DNA from: Halomicronema hongdechloris C2206
GTDB lineage: Bacteria > Cyanobacteriota > Cyanobacteriia > Phormidesmidales > Phormidesmidaceae
Assembly (NCBI RefSeq): GCF_002075285.3
Contig: NZ_CP021983.2
Span: 1 to 32,000 of the forward strand
Reading direction: 5' to 3'
DNA: 32,000 nucleotides
The first letter of the stretch is position 1. Each line of letters opens with the position of its first letter. The position numbers and the translations under genes were made by a program. The notes under the pieces were generated by a model that had not been told where the DNA came from, did no database searches, and worked only from the letters and a program-made list of their open reading frames with translations. This document shows positions 23,748-32,000 of the stretch, one piece after another.

Positions 23748-26081
23748 ATGGCGGAATGTCATCAGGCTTGGTCCATTGTTGCGACGGATGCGATGCCATC
23801 ATCCTGGGTGGATCAGGTTACCCAGGTCATTGATTGGCCGGCGGCAACGCCGCCTCGTCACGCCGCCCAGCTATTGTGGCAGCGAGGATTCCGGGATCTA
23901 GGGCAGTTGCGAGGATTTCTCGATCCGCATCAGTATGCTCCCACCGCGGCGGCGGCCTTTGGCGATGACATGCAATGGGCCGTCCAACGGCTGCTACAGG
24001 CGTGCGATCGCACCGAGAAAGTCGCCATCTGGGGCGACTTCGACGCCGACGGGGTCACAGCCACGGCAGTGCTGTGGGATGGCTTGGGGCAACTCTTTAC
24101 CCCCCATGACCAACTCCGATATTTCATTCCCAATCGGTTAACCGACTCCCACGGGCTCAATCGTCATGGGTTAGAGACCCTAGCCGCTTGGGGCTGTAGC
24201 CTTGTGGTCACCTGCGACACCGGCAGTACCAGTCTGGCAGAACTAACCTACGCTGGCGAATTAGGCTTAGATGTCATTGTCACCGACCACCATACCCTAC
24301 CGCCCCGACGGCCGCCGGTGGTGGCGATCATCAACCCGCGCAGTCTGCCATGGCAGCATCCGTTAGCGACCTTGTCGGGGGTGGCCGTAGCCTACAAATT
24401 AGTAGAGGCCCTGTATCAAGCCCTGCCTGAGCCACCGACTTATCCTGTCGAAAGCCTATTGGACTTGGTGGCCATTGGCCTGATTGCTGATCTGGTGGAG
24501 TTGCGGGGAGATAGCCGCTATCTGGCTCAAGTGGGGATTGAGCACCTGCAACGCCATGTCCAGCCTGGCCATGACTCCCGGCGCCCCGGCATTGCCGCCC
24601 TACTGCGCTTCTGCAAGCGGATGGGGGATCGGCCCACAGACATTTCCTTTGGCATCGGTCCTCGCATTAACGCCGTCAGCCGCATCCATGGCGATGCCAG
24701 CTTTTGTGTGGAACTGCTCACCAGTCCCGATCCAGACCAGTGCCAACGTCTAGCTGCCGAGGCCGAGTTGGCTAACAGCCGCCGCAAAGCCCTGCAGAGA
24801 GACGTGATGGCCCAGGTAGAGCAGCAGCTGGCTGCGGTAGATTTAGCCACCAGCCATGCCATCGTCTTGGCCAATGAGCAATGGCCCGCTGGGGTGTTGG
24901 GCCTGGTGGCTGGGCAGGTAGCCCAGCGCTATGGTCGCCCCACCCTACTGCTACGACTGGATCCCGAGCCCCCCGAGGGCAGTGACACCATACGGCTGGC
25001 CCGGGGCTCGGCCCGCTCGGTGCAGGGGCTCGATCTCTATCAACTGATGCAAGACCATAGCCATTTGCTGCATCACTTTGGCGGCCACCCCCAGGCCGCT
25101 GGCCTGAGTCTGCCGGCAGAGAATGTGCCGCTGTTGGCAGCAGCGCTGAATCGGCAGCTACGGGAGCAGTTGGGACCCCTCAGCCTGGCCCCACCACTGC
25201 CGGTGGATTTGGTGGTGACAGTGGCCGAGTTAGGCAAGTCCCTATTTCGGCAGCTGAAGTTACTGGAACCCTATGGCATGGGGAACCCAGTCCCCCGACT
25301 ATTGGTGCGCCAGGCCTGGTTCACCAATGGCTGCCACCGCAATATTCGCGATTTGCAGGGGGGGAAGCTGCGCTATATCAAAACCGAGTTTATGCTGTGG
25401 GATGACACCGCCCAGCAGGGATTTCCGGGGGAGTGGTGGGGCCATTACCAAGACGAGCTCCCCCCAGGGCGCTGTGATGCTTTGGTGGAGTTGGATTTTG
25501 ATGCCTATAAGCGCGCCGCTATCAGGTGCGATTGGTGGCGGTTAGGCCGGTTGAGAGACCTCGACGACAGTGCCGCCGTCGTCGGGGCGATGCTGATGGA
25601 CCAGCGCCAGTCCCAGGAGATGGTCTCTGCCCTCTCATCGACAACGTTGGTGGTAGATCAATGTCCCAGACCTGGCGGAGTGGCAACACTGGTGGCGGAG
25701 GCTACCGCTGAGCAGCGGCCCCTAGCTTTGGCCTATGGGCCGCCGTCGTCTGCCGCTCCCCTGGATACCTGGACGATGTTGGTGGGTATGGCTAAATACC
25801 TCAGCCGGGTAGGCAAACCGGTGCGGCGATCGCATCTACTAGAGCGCCTGCAGATTTGCGATCGCAGCCTAGATATTGGCCTCGATTGCCTGACTACCAT
25901 GGGCTTTACGATCCAGCCGGAAGGACCTGAGCTCATAATCCAGCAGCGAAGCCAGCCACTGACCCCAGGTCGTATCCGCCCATTCCTAGCGGCTTTGCAG
26001 GAAGAAGCCTTTCGGCGTCACTACTTCTATCAAGTCCCCCCCGAAATCTTACAGACCATGGCCCAACAGAGCCTCAATTGA
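23748..26081 (+). CDS. recJ: Single-stranded-DNA-specific exonuclease RecJ
   Basis: DHH motifs: VAIWGDFDADGVTATAVL, LVVTCDTGS, VIVTDHH. DHHA1 motif: GGHPQAAG. The long C-terminal extension is as in cyanobacterial RecJ. Confidence 0.9.
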   Translation: MAECHQAWSIVATDAMPSSWVDQVTQVIDWPAATPPRHAAQLLWQRGFRDLGQLRGFLDPHQYAPTAAAAFGDDMQWAVQRLLQACDRTEKVAIWGDFDADGVTATAVLWDGLGQLFTPHDQLRYFIPNRLTDSHGLNRHGLETLAAWGCSLVVTCDTGSTSLAELTYAGELGLDVIVTDHHTLPPRRPPVVAIINPRSLPWQHPLATLSGVAVAYKLVEALYQALPEPPTYPVESLLDLVAIGLIADLVELRGDSRYLAQVGIEHLQRHVQPGHDSRRPGIAALLRFCKRMGDRPTDISFGIGPRINAVSRIHGDASFCVELLTSPDPDQCQRLAAEAELANSRRKALQRDVMAQVEQQLAAVDLATSHAIVLANEQWPAGVLGLVAGQVAQRYGRPTLLLRLDPEPPEGSDTIRLARGSARSVQGLDLYQLMQDHSHLLHHFGGHPQAAGLSLPAENVPLLAAALNRQLREQLGPLSLAPPLPVDLVVTVAELGKSLFRQLKLLEPYGMGNPVPRLLVRQAWFTNGCHRNIRDLQGGKLRYIKTEFMLWDDTAQQGFPGEWWGHYQDELPPGRCDALVELDFDAYKRAAIRCDWWRLGRLRDLDDSAAVVGAMLMDQRQSQEMVSALSSTTLVVDQCPRPGGVATLVAEATAEQRPLALAYGPPSSAAPLDTWTMLVGMAKYLSRVGKPVRRSHLLERLQICDRSLDIGLDCLTTMGFTIQPEGPELIIQQRSQPLTPGRIRPFLAALQEEAFRRHYFYQVPPEILQTMAQQSLN

Positions 26082-26718
26082 TCCCGGCCTGATGTTCACA
26101 CTTAAACCCTCGAGCCTGCCACGCAACCAGATCCACAGAGGCCAGTGGAACCACCTGACGGCAACGGCGATGATATCCCTGGCTCAAGATGGCCCATAGA
26201 CCGCTGCGCGTAACATCCAACCCCGTCTTGAGCCAACTCTCCTGATTACCAGGGATGCCCTGCTCCTCTACCAGCTCCAAGGTCGTCCAGATGCCATGGC
26301 TGCCAAAGAGAATCCGCGCCATAGCGTAGGCACGAGGAGCATGCCCCGGAGAGGTAATCAACTGCACATGACGCATCCCCCACTCCTCTAAGATGGGCAG
26401 ACTATAGGCTAGATTTTCGAAGGTGGACTCAGCACATTTCTCCAGCCAAACTTGGTCTAGGTCAGCCCCTGCACGCTCAAATAGGATACGAATACAAGGA
26501 TCTAGCGAGCCGCGAGAAATCAATAAAGGCCGCGGTAAGGCATGCTCTGCGGCATAGATTTCCCGGCGAATACTTCCTCCCAGCACCAGAGTGGCCTCTG
26601 CAGGAGTCTGAGCTGCCATGACCAGGCGATAGCCTGTCACCATCACCCAGGTGACCAATAGAGCCACCACAGCTAGCCCCAGTCGGCGTCGCCAGCGTCG
26701 CTGGATTCTCTGGCTCAT
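26074..26718 (-). CDS. YdcF/DUF218 family protein
   Basis: The start is taken at ATG 26718, which has GGAGGA upstream. The N-terminal TM segment is RRLGLAVVALLVTWVMV. LVLGGS..RE and STFENLAYS..L....G...V.LITS..H..RA fit DUF218. The ORF is open to 26856. Confidence 0.8.
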   Translation of the reverse strand: MSQRIQRRWRRRLGLAVVALLVTWVMVTGYRLVMAAQTPAEATLVLGGSIRREIYAAEHALPRPLLISRGSLDPCIRILFERAGADLDQVWLEKCAESTFENLAYSLPILEEWGMRHVQLITSPGHAPRAYAMARILFGSHGIWTTLELVEEQGIPGNQESWLKTGLDVTRSGLWAILSQGYHRRCRQVVPLASVDLVAWQARGFKCEHQAGIN

Positions 26719-26964
26719 GCTTCCTCCATACAATTGAGGCCTGGTCAAAAATCTTAGAACTAGATTGAGATCACCCAACTTGGCAGGTTCGTCAGCTAGA
26801 CTAAAGCTCAGAGAGCGGGGGCACCTCTGGGTCAAGGACATTGGCAGTTTAGCCATTTGTTGCCAATTCCCCGCAACTAATCTCCATCGCTTAGCCCCCC
26901 GCTCTTAGACAACTTCAGTTGTATCTGTAGCGACTGCTCCGCACCGTCATAGATTCCAGCCTAG

Positions 26965-28347
26965 ATGACTTTTCCTACTGATCTCCGGCACCTATCCTCC
27001 ACTCCAGTCTTCAGCAACGCTATTACCCGCATGGGGCAACCTCTGATTATAGCCATAGTAGCCTTGGGCCTCCCCGTCCAGCTTGGAGGCGAACCGGCCC
27101 AAGCTGAGATGGACGATAGCTTCGAAGACAGCTATAAGGTAACCCTGGATGAAGCCTGGCAGATTGTTCACCGGGAATACGTTGACAACAGCTTTAACCA
27201 CGTCGATTGGCAAGCTACCCGTCAGCGCCTATTGGGGCGCGAATACACCTCACGGCAGCAAGCCTATGCTGCCCTCAGGGGCGCCCTACGCCAACTCGAT
27301 GATCCCTACACTCGCTTTCTCGAGCCCGAGGAATATGCGGCCTTGACCGAACAGACCGCAGGTGAGGTGTCTGGCATTGGCTTGCGGTTGCGCCGAGATA
27401 GCAGCACCCAGACAGTTTTAGTCACAGAGGTCGTCCCTGACTCTCCGGCTGATGAGGCTGGCCTGCAGGTAGGAGACCATATTGTCATGGTGGATGGCCA
27501 ATCGACTGAGCGCCTGACGGCAGAAGGGGTGTCTCAGCTGTTGCGGGGAGCCGACAGTAGTCAAGTCACCCTCAGCATCTCTCGCAACGGTGGCCAACCT
27601 CGCACCCTGATTCTCCACAGAACCCGCTTAGAAGTCTCTAGTGTCGAATATCGAGTCACTCAGCAAGGCAATCGTCGGCTTGGCTATGTGCGGCTGCTAG
27701 AATTCAATGCCCACTCCACCGAACAGATGGCCGCAGCAATCGAGGCGTTGATGGATCAACAGGTCGAGGGCTTTATTCTGGATCTACGAGACAATCCAGG
27801 GGGATTGCTGCAGGCTAGCATTGAAATTAGCCGACTGTGGTTGCAGCGAGGGGCCATTGTGCGCACTCAAGACCGTGATGGACAGCAGGAGTCGATTTTA
27901 GCTAATCGCACTGCGTTGACTGATCTACCCTTGACAGTCTTAGTAGACGGCCGCTCCGCCAGTTCCAGTGAAATCTTGACAGGGGCCCTGCGCGACAATG
28001 ATCGAGCCACGGTGGTGGGAAGCCCCACCTTCGGTAAGGCCCTAGTGCAATCCCTCCATGGACTCTCCGATGGCTCAGGTCTGACAGTGACGGTGGCGCA
28101 TTACTACACTCCCAATGGCACCGATATTAGCCGTAAGGGTATTGCACCGGATGTGGTGGTTACTCTGTCAGAGCAAGAGCGCCGCACCCTGTTCAACAAT
28201 CCCCAACGATTGGGAACCGAGGCCGATCCCCAGTATATGAGGGCGGCTAATTTGCTAGACCAGATCATTGCAGCCCAGGAGCAATCGCCTCAGCAAGCCA
28301 CAAGCACAGAACCTTCCTCCAGTCGCCTGGGTCAGGTTGCTAATTAA
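26965..28347 (+). CDS. Carboxyl-terminal processing protease (peptidase S41A, Ctp)
   Basis: LDDPYTRFL. PDZ domain: GIGLRL..V..VVPDSPADEAGLQVGDHIV.VDG. LDLRDNPGG. Catalytic residues: GRSASSSEILTGAL (Ser) and TFGKALVQS (Lys). The start could instead be the downstream MGQPL. Confidence 0.9.
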   Translation: MTFPTDLRHLSSTPVFSNAITRMGQPLIIAIVALGLPVQLGGEPAQAEMDDSFEDSYKVTLDEAWQIVHREYVDNSFNHVDWQATRQRLLGREYTSRQQAYAALRGALRQLDDPYTRFLEPEEYAALTEQTAGEVSGIGLRLRRDSSTQTVLVTEVVPDSPADEAGLQVGDHIVMVDGQSTERLTAEGVSQLLRGADSSQVTLSISRNGGQPRTLILHRTRLEVSSVEYRVTQQGNRRLGYVRLLEFNAHSTEQMAAAIEALMDQQVEGFILDLRDNPGGLLQASIEISRLWLQRGAIVRTQDRDGQQESILANRTALTDLPLTVLVDGRSASSSEILTGALRDNDRATVVGSPTFGKALVQSLHGLSDGSGLTVTVAHYYTPNGTDISRKGIAPDVVVTLSEQERRTLFNNPQRLGTEADPQYMRAANLLDQIIAAQEQSPQQATSTEPSSSRLGQVAN

Positions 28348-28350
28348 CAA

Positions 28351-29901
28351 TTACCGCAACTCACAGAACTTCCGCACCCGATCAAATTCGGGATCCTGCC
28401 AGGAGTAGGCGAAATGGCTGAGGCTATCGATCTGGGGTAAGGCCCGCTGAATAGCGTCCATCTGAGTCTCCAGGGCCGGACGATTGTTGCCAGGTCGTCC
28501 CCACACTCCAGCAAGGGCGGGTTCTACAAAGCGCTCACTGCCTGACCCAGCCGTATTGATGACCCGACGAATGTCATCCAAAATGCAACCGGTATGGCCA
28601 CAGACGCTGTAGGCCATAGGATGCCAAGACATAGTTCTGGGAAATCGATCCCAATATTGCAGACGAGAATCATAGCCGCCACTGCCCACGGTACGATTGC
28701 CATCTGGGAAAAATACGACTCCAGCTTCAATCCCCTGTTGTTGGACTGGCTGAGATATTTGCCCCAAGAAGTCGATCACTCCCTGCACCGCATGGGCGAC
28801 ACTGAAGCGCCACAGCTCATTTTGAAGTTGCAGCCGTCGAGTCGCTAGGGTTTGCGCCTCGACATCGTCGGGAGGCATCCGGCTTTGCCACAGGGGCGGG
28901 CCTTCCTCTGGAAAGAGTTGATCGACCTCGCTCAGATCCGCTTCTAGCAGATAGCCGCGGCTGAGGAAGCGACGCATGAGTTCACGCCCCTTACGGTTTA
29001 GAGCCCGCTGAAAGAACGACCGCCGAGAGGCATCGCCGTAAATCCAGAGATCCTGGACTTTTGAGGCCACTGAATTAGCACCAGTGCCTCGAGGATAGCG
29101 CACATAGTCAAACAGGACACCATCGGGACGCCGCTGTAGCACTGCCTGTATGAAGCGCTGGTAGTCTTGCTGGGCTAGGGGATGATAAGGGTCGACGAAT
29201 ACCTCGTCGGGATTGCTGGTCAACCCTAGATTGGCAGCCGTCAGGCTATCTTGGCCGCGGCCATTTCGAGCCAATACGGATTGCCGGTCAGAGCGTTGGG
29301 TGTACGAGAAGCCAAAATTGAGGGTGAATACCCAGGCATATACTTGCAGTCCCCGGTCTCGCCCCTTGGTAATGGCCTCTGCCAGGAGATCTCGTCGTTC
29401 ATAGCCGGGAGTTTGGACGACAGTGGGCCAGACGGTGGGATTATCTGCCTGGGGGAGCAGGACTTGGCCATTGTAAAACACCTCGACGTAGACCTGGTTA
29501 TAGCCCAAGTTAACGATGCGATCGAGGACAGCCTCTAGAATGCCGGGCTGTAAATCACAGGGATAGAGACGGAGCCAAACGCTTTGCTGGCGTGGCCAGG
29601 TACGGCTGCGACACTGACGCAGGGTATCTGCGTGCTGTTGCCAGGTCATCTCATACTGCTGTTTAGCCTCGGCGTCTCCAGTGAAGGCAGCTCGGCGTAA
29701 GGTTTCCTTCTCGACAGCAGTGGACTGGGAGACTTGGCAGTAGCGATTCAGCTGCTGCGCCACCACAGTCGTGGGGTGAAACAGCCCAGTTACCAGCAAT
29801 AGGGCGGTTTGTCCCAGGATAAAGGGAGGAAGGCACCAGTGGCGGAATCGATTCAAAGACCAGAGGAACTGCGGTTTGACGTTCACCAACCGTATGCTCA
29901 A
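28351..29901 (-). CDS. Glycoside hydrolase-like family 10 (GHL10/DUF187) protein, N-terminal signal or anchor
   Basis: 516 aa. GYNQVYVEVFYNGQVLLP, RDLLAEAITKGRDRGLQVYAWV, VFVDPYHPLAQQDYQRFIQAVLQRRPDGVLFDYVRYP resemble the GHL10 pattern. The family call is from memory. Confidence 0.6.
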   Translation of the reverse strand: MSIRLVNVKPQFLWSLNRFRHWCLPPFILGQTALLLVTGLFHPTTVVAQQLNRYCQVSQSTAVEKETLRRAAFTGDAEAKQQYEMTWQQHADTLRQCRSRTWPRQQSVWLRLYPCDLQPGILEAVLDRIVNLGYNQVYVEVFYNGQVLLPQADNPTVWPTVVQTPGYERRDLLAEAITKGRDRGLQVYAWVFTLNFGFSYTQRSDRQSVLARNGRGQDSLTAANLGLTSNPDEVFVDPYHPLAQQDYQRFIQAVLQRRPDGVLFDYVRYPRGTGANSVASKVQDLWIYGDASRRSFFQRALNRKGRELMRRFLSRGYLLEADLSEVDQLFPEEGPPLWQSRMPPDDVEAQTLATRRLQLQNELWRFSVAHAVQGVIDFLGQISQPVQQQGIEAGVVFFPDGNRTVGSGGYDSRLQYWDRFPRTMSWHPMAYSVCGHTGCILDDIRRVINTAGSGSERFVEPALAGVWGRPGNNRPALETQMDAIQRALPQIDSLSHFAYSWQDPEFDRVRKFCELR

Positions 29902-29927
29902 AGGGGCTGCGCCTCAGCTTAGCATCG

Positions 29928-30260
29928 CTATTCTGAAATAGGGGACTCCTCTTCACAGCTATCGGTTTCCAGAAAGGCCTCCAGTAGCGATCGCAACTTC
30001 ATGCGCTGGATGTAGGGCCAGCCTCCATGGACTTCAATATCCCGTAGGAAGGCATACAGACGTTGGCGATTAGTGGGTAAAGCCTCTCGAAATAGAGTAT
30101 CCCGAATATCCCGGTGAAGCCCCTCTAATAGCCGTAGAAGTTGCAGCAGGGCGAGACTATCTCCTCGGTGAGCCGCTGCAGTTTTTTCGACTTGCTCAAC
30201 AATTTGTTGCAAATCAGCAGGTAGGGCGTGATCGAGGTTGAACTGGAGACGATCGCTCAT
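29928..30260 (-). CDS. Hypothetical protein (110 aa)
   Basis: Clean ORF on the same strand, 26 bp upstream of the GHL10 gene. Its ATG overlaps the stop of the upstream ORF (ATGA at 30257-30260). I recognise no family. Confidence 0.55.
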   Translation of the reverse strand: MSDRLQFNLDHALPADLQQIVEQVEKTAAAHRGDSLALLQLLRLLEGLHRDIRDTLFREALPTNRQRLYAFLRDIEVHGGWPYIQRMKLRSLLEAFLETDSCEEESPISE

Positions 30261-30586
30261 GGCTTGGGATTAGCTCCCTCAGTACTTCTCAACTTTACTG
30301 GCATAGCCCCAGTTGGAGCCCCGTCAATGCTTAGCATCATCAGGGCTTTACAGTTGGCATTAGCCCTTGATCTTGCTAGTGCAAGTTCTATTGTGGCCCG
30401 ATAGATTAGGCATTGTCCGCCAACGACGGGCCGGGAATTGAAACGCTGAGATGGGAGAGCCAGGCTGGAGCAACCGGAATAGACAGCCCGAATAGTCACA
30501 ACGCCATGTAGAATGCTTACTTGAGGCTCTGTCAAGTCTTCATCCATTTTGGTAAGAGGAGGGTTGTTGAAGTCAACTTCAACCAT
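30257..30586 (-). CDS. Hypothetical protein (109 aa)
   Basis: The ORF is translationally coupled to the next gene by a 4-bp ATGA overlap. I recognise no family and the composition is unremarkable. Confidence 0.4.
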   Translation of the reverse strand: MVEVDFNNPPLTKMDEDLTEPQVSILHGVVTIRAVYSGCSSLALPSQRFNSRPVVGGQCLIYRATIELALARSRANANCKALMMLSIDGAPTGAMPVKLRSTEGANPKP

Positions 30587-30900
30587 GCTTTAGAGACTGT
30601 CTCGAGGATCTGCCCTCGACAGTTGTCCCTGGCGGAAGCTAGGTCGATAGTCCATTAACTGCATTTGGGTAAGTTCAGGTCAAGGGTGTTTACGAAGGTA
30701 CTCAGCCATAGCCTAGTCTCAGCATAAACTCAGATTATGCCAGCCTTAGCGGCTGCTGGATTTATGTTAGGTCATGGCATGGTGTCTTCTCCATTCTCAC
30801 TCGAAGCCAGGCTTACCCCTTCACCGCATGTCAGAGCCATATTTCCATTGATTGAATACCTACGCTGACAGAGATTTTTTATATCGATTTGAGGTTGACC

Positions 30901-31734
30901 ATGAGGTATCGTGCCCTATTAGTTGCGTTCTTGGCTCTCTGCCTGAGTGTCTTGACGGCTTGCAGCGAAGGCCCGGTCGCAACGAGTGATGCTCCCCTGA
31001 CCTACGATCAGATCAAGGACACGGGGCTGGCGAATAAATGTCCCCAGATTTCGTCCACCCGTCGTGGTGATATCCCCCTTGAGCAGGATCGGTCCTACAA
31101 AATTGTAGACATGTGCCTGGAACCCACTAGCTATTTCATCAAGGAGGAGCCCACCAGTAAGCGTAAGGAAGCGGAGTTTATTCCTGGTAAGATCCTGACT
31201 CGCAAGACGTCGAGTCTAGACCAGGTATTTGGCGATCTGGTGAAAGAAGATGATGATAGTCTCACCTTCTATGAGAAGGGCGGCTTCGATTTCCAGGCAA
31301 CGACTGTACAACTACCTGGTGGTGAGCAAGAGCCCTTCCTGTTTACAGTGAAGGGACTGGTGGCGCACTCTCAGCCAGGATTGGCAGCCGTCACGACTTC
31401 TACCGACTTAGAGGGTGATTATCGGGTACCGTCCTACCGCACCTCTAATTTCCTCGATCCCAGAGGTCGTGGTCTGGCCACTGGCTATGACGCAGCAGTA
31501 GGACTTCCGGCCCGCAGTGACAGTGAAGAACTGCGTCGAGAAAACACCAAAGCCTTCGACGTAGGGCAAGGTCATATCTCCCTACAGATTTCTCAGATAG
31601 ATGGCTACACCGGTGAAATCGCCGGCACCTTCGAGGCACTACAGCCCTCTGACACTGATCTGGGAGCCGATGAGCCGGTTGATGTAAAGATTCAAGGATT
31701 CTTCTATGGCCGGGTGGAGTCATCGGAAGCCTAG
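30901..31734 (+). CDS. psbO: Photosystem II manganese-stabilizing polypeptide PsbO
   Basis: The lipoprotein-like signal is MRYRALLVAFLALCLSVLTAC. LTYDQIKDTGLANKCP, CLEP.S.F.KEE, FQ.T.VQLPGGE..PFLFTVK.LVA, VPSYR.SNFLDP.GRG..TGYD.AV.LPA, GEI.G.F...QPSDTD.GA.EP.DVKIQG.FY.R are typical. GAGG lies 6 nt upstream of ATG 30901. The ORF track opens at TTG 30889. Confidence 0.95.
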   Translation: MRYRALLVAFLALCLSVLTACSEGPVATSDAPLTYDQIKDTGLANKCPQISSTRRGDIPLEQDRSYKIVDMCLEPTSYFIKEEPTSKRKEAEFIPGKILTRKTSSLDQVFGDLVKEDDDSLTFYEKGGFDFQATTVQLPGGEQEPFLFTVKGLVAHSQPGLAAVTTSTDLEGDYRVPSYRTSNFLDPRGRGLATGYDAAVGLPARSDSEELRRENTKAFDVGQGHISLQISQIDGYTGEIAGTFEALQPSDTDLGADEPVDVKIQGFFYGRVESSEA

Positions 31735-31790
31735 TATCTGCGGGAGAGTATTCTCTGAATCGACTTGATTTCGGTTTAGATTATGGCAAC

Positions 31791-31822
31791 GGGGGAGCAT
31801 TGCTCCCCCATTTTTGTCTTTT
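31791..31822 (+). terminator. Rho-independent terminator of psbO
   Basis: GGGGGAGC-att-GCTCCCCC is followed immediately by ATTTTTGTCTTTT, 57 nt after the stop. Confidence 0.85.
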
Positions 31823-31929
31823 GCCAGAGTTCCTAGCTCCCGTTCCTCTCATTACAATTAGTTAAAGACTCCACATCATCCCCAAGTCGCTGTCGTTGGG
31901 GCTGTTTCGGCTGCGCTGTTGGCAAATCT

Positions 31930-32000
31930 ATGGCTTTCTCTTCCATTACTCGCGCCTTGGGGCGTTCCCCGTTAACTGCTGATCTCCTCGATAAGCTGCA
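31930..32000 (+). CDS. 5' end of an ORF running off the window (possibly phosphoketolase; very tentative)
   Basis: MAFSSITRALGRSPLTADLLDKL. The SPL..(D/E)LL.K(L/M) stretch resembles the part of cyanobacterial phosphoketolases that precedes AYWRAANYLS, but only 23 codons are visible. Confidence 0.25.
   Translation, partial: MAFSSITRALGRSPLTADLLDKL

Noticed and set aside
1-32000. tRNA, rRNA, tmRNA, riboswitch or autonomous IS/transposase or integrase genes
   Set aside because: I saw no T-loop/acceptor-type sequences (GGTTCGAATCC-like), rRNA-like segments or transposase-like ORFs on either strand. Absence is judged by eye only, and a covariance-model scan would be needed to be sure.

Overview
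Cyanobacterial chromosomal DNA. Support for this: the HIP1 palindrome GCGATCGC occurs at least 15 times by eye, psbO and a Ctp protease are present, and so are Uma2, DUF4058 and TPR-CHAT genes. The window splits into two parts.

(A) Accessory region, about 1-12.9 kb. It holds two large TPR-CHAT (caspase-fold) protease genes, a Tat-signal orthocaspase (peptidase C14 + DUF4384), a secreted YbjN-like protein, a GNAT acetyltransferase and a DUF4058 nuclease-like gene. It also holds a UPF0175 antitoxin-like gene split by a 219-bp MITE with a 10-bp target-site duplication, and a truncated Uma2 gene that runs into two tandem-repeat arrays. At least five copies of one palindromic repeat family lie in this region.

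The observation I consider most interesting is a conserved ungapped box, TGAATAAGTT-N5-G-N2-TCAGA-S-ATA. It sits at nearly the same distance upstream of CHAT gene 1, CHAT gene 2 and the YbjN-like/orthocaspase unit. All four of those proteins carry export signals. Together this suggests a co-regulated, extracytoplasmic caspase-fold protease system of unknown function. This is a hypothesis, not a demonstrated system.

(B) Housekeeping region, about 13-32 kb. It encodes a Xi-class GST (YqjG-like), alpha-glucan phosphorylase, a GT4 glycosyltransferase, a CIA30-domain protein, a REC-PAS-adenylate cyclase, RecJ, a YdcF/DUF218 protein, an S41 C-terminal processing protease, a GHL10-like hydrolase and PsbO.

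I saw no rRNA, tRNA, CRISPR array or autonomous transposase. All family names come from my own motif recognition; no searches were run.
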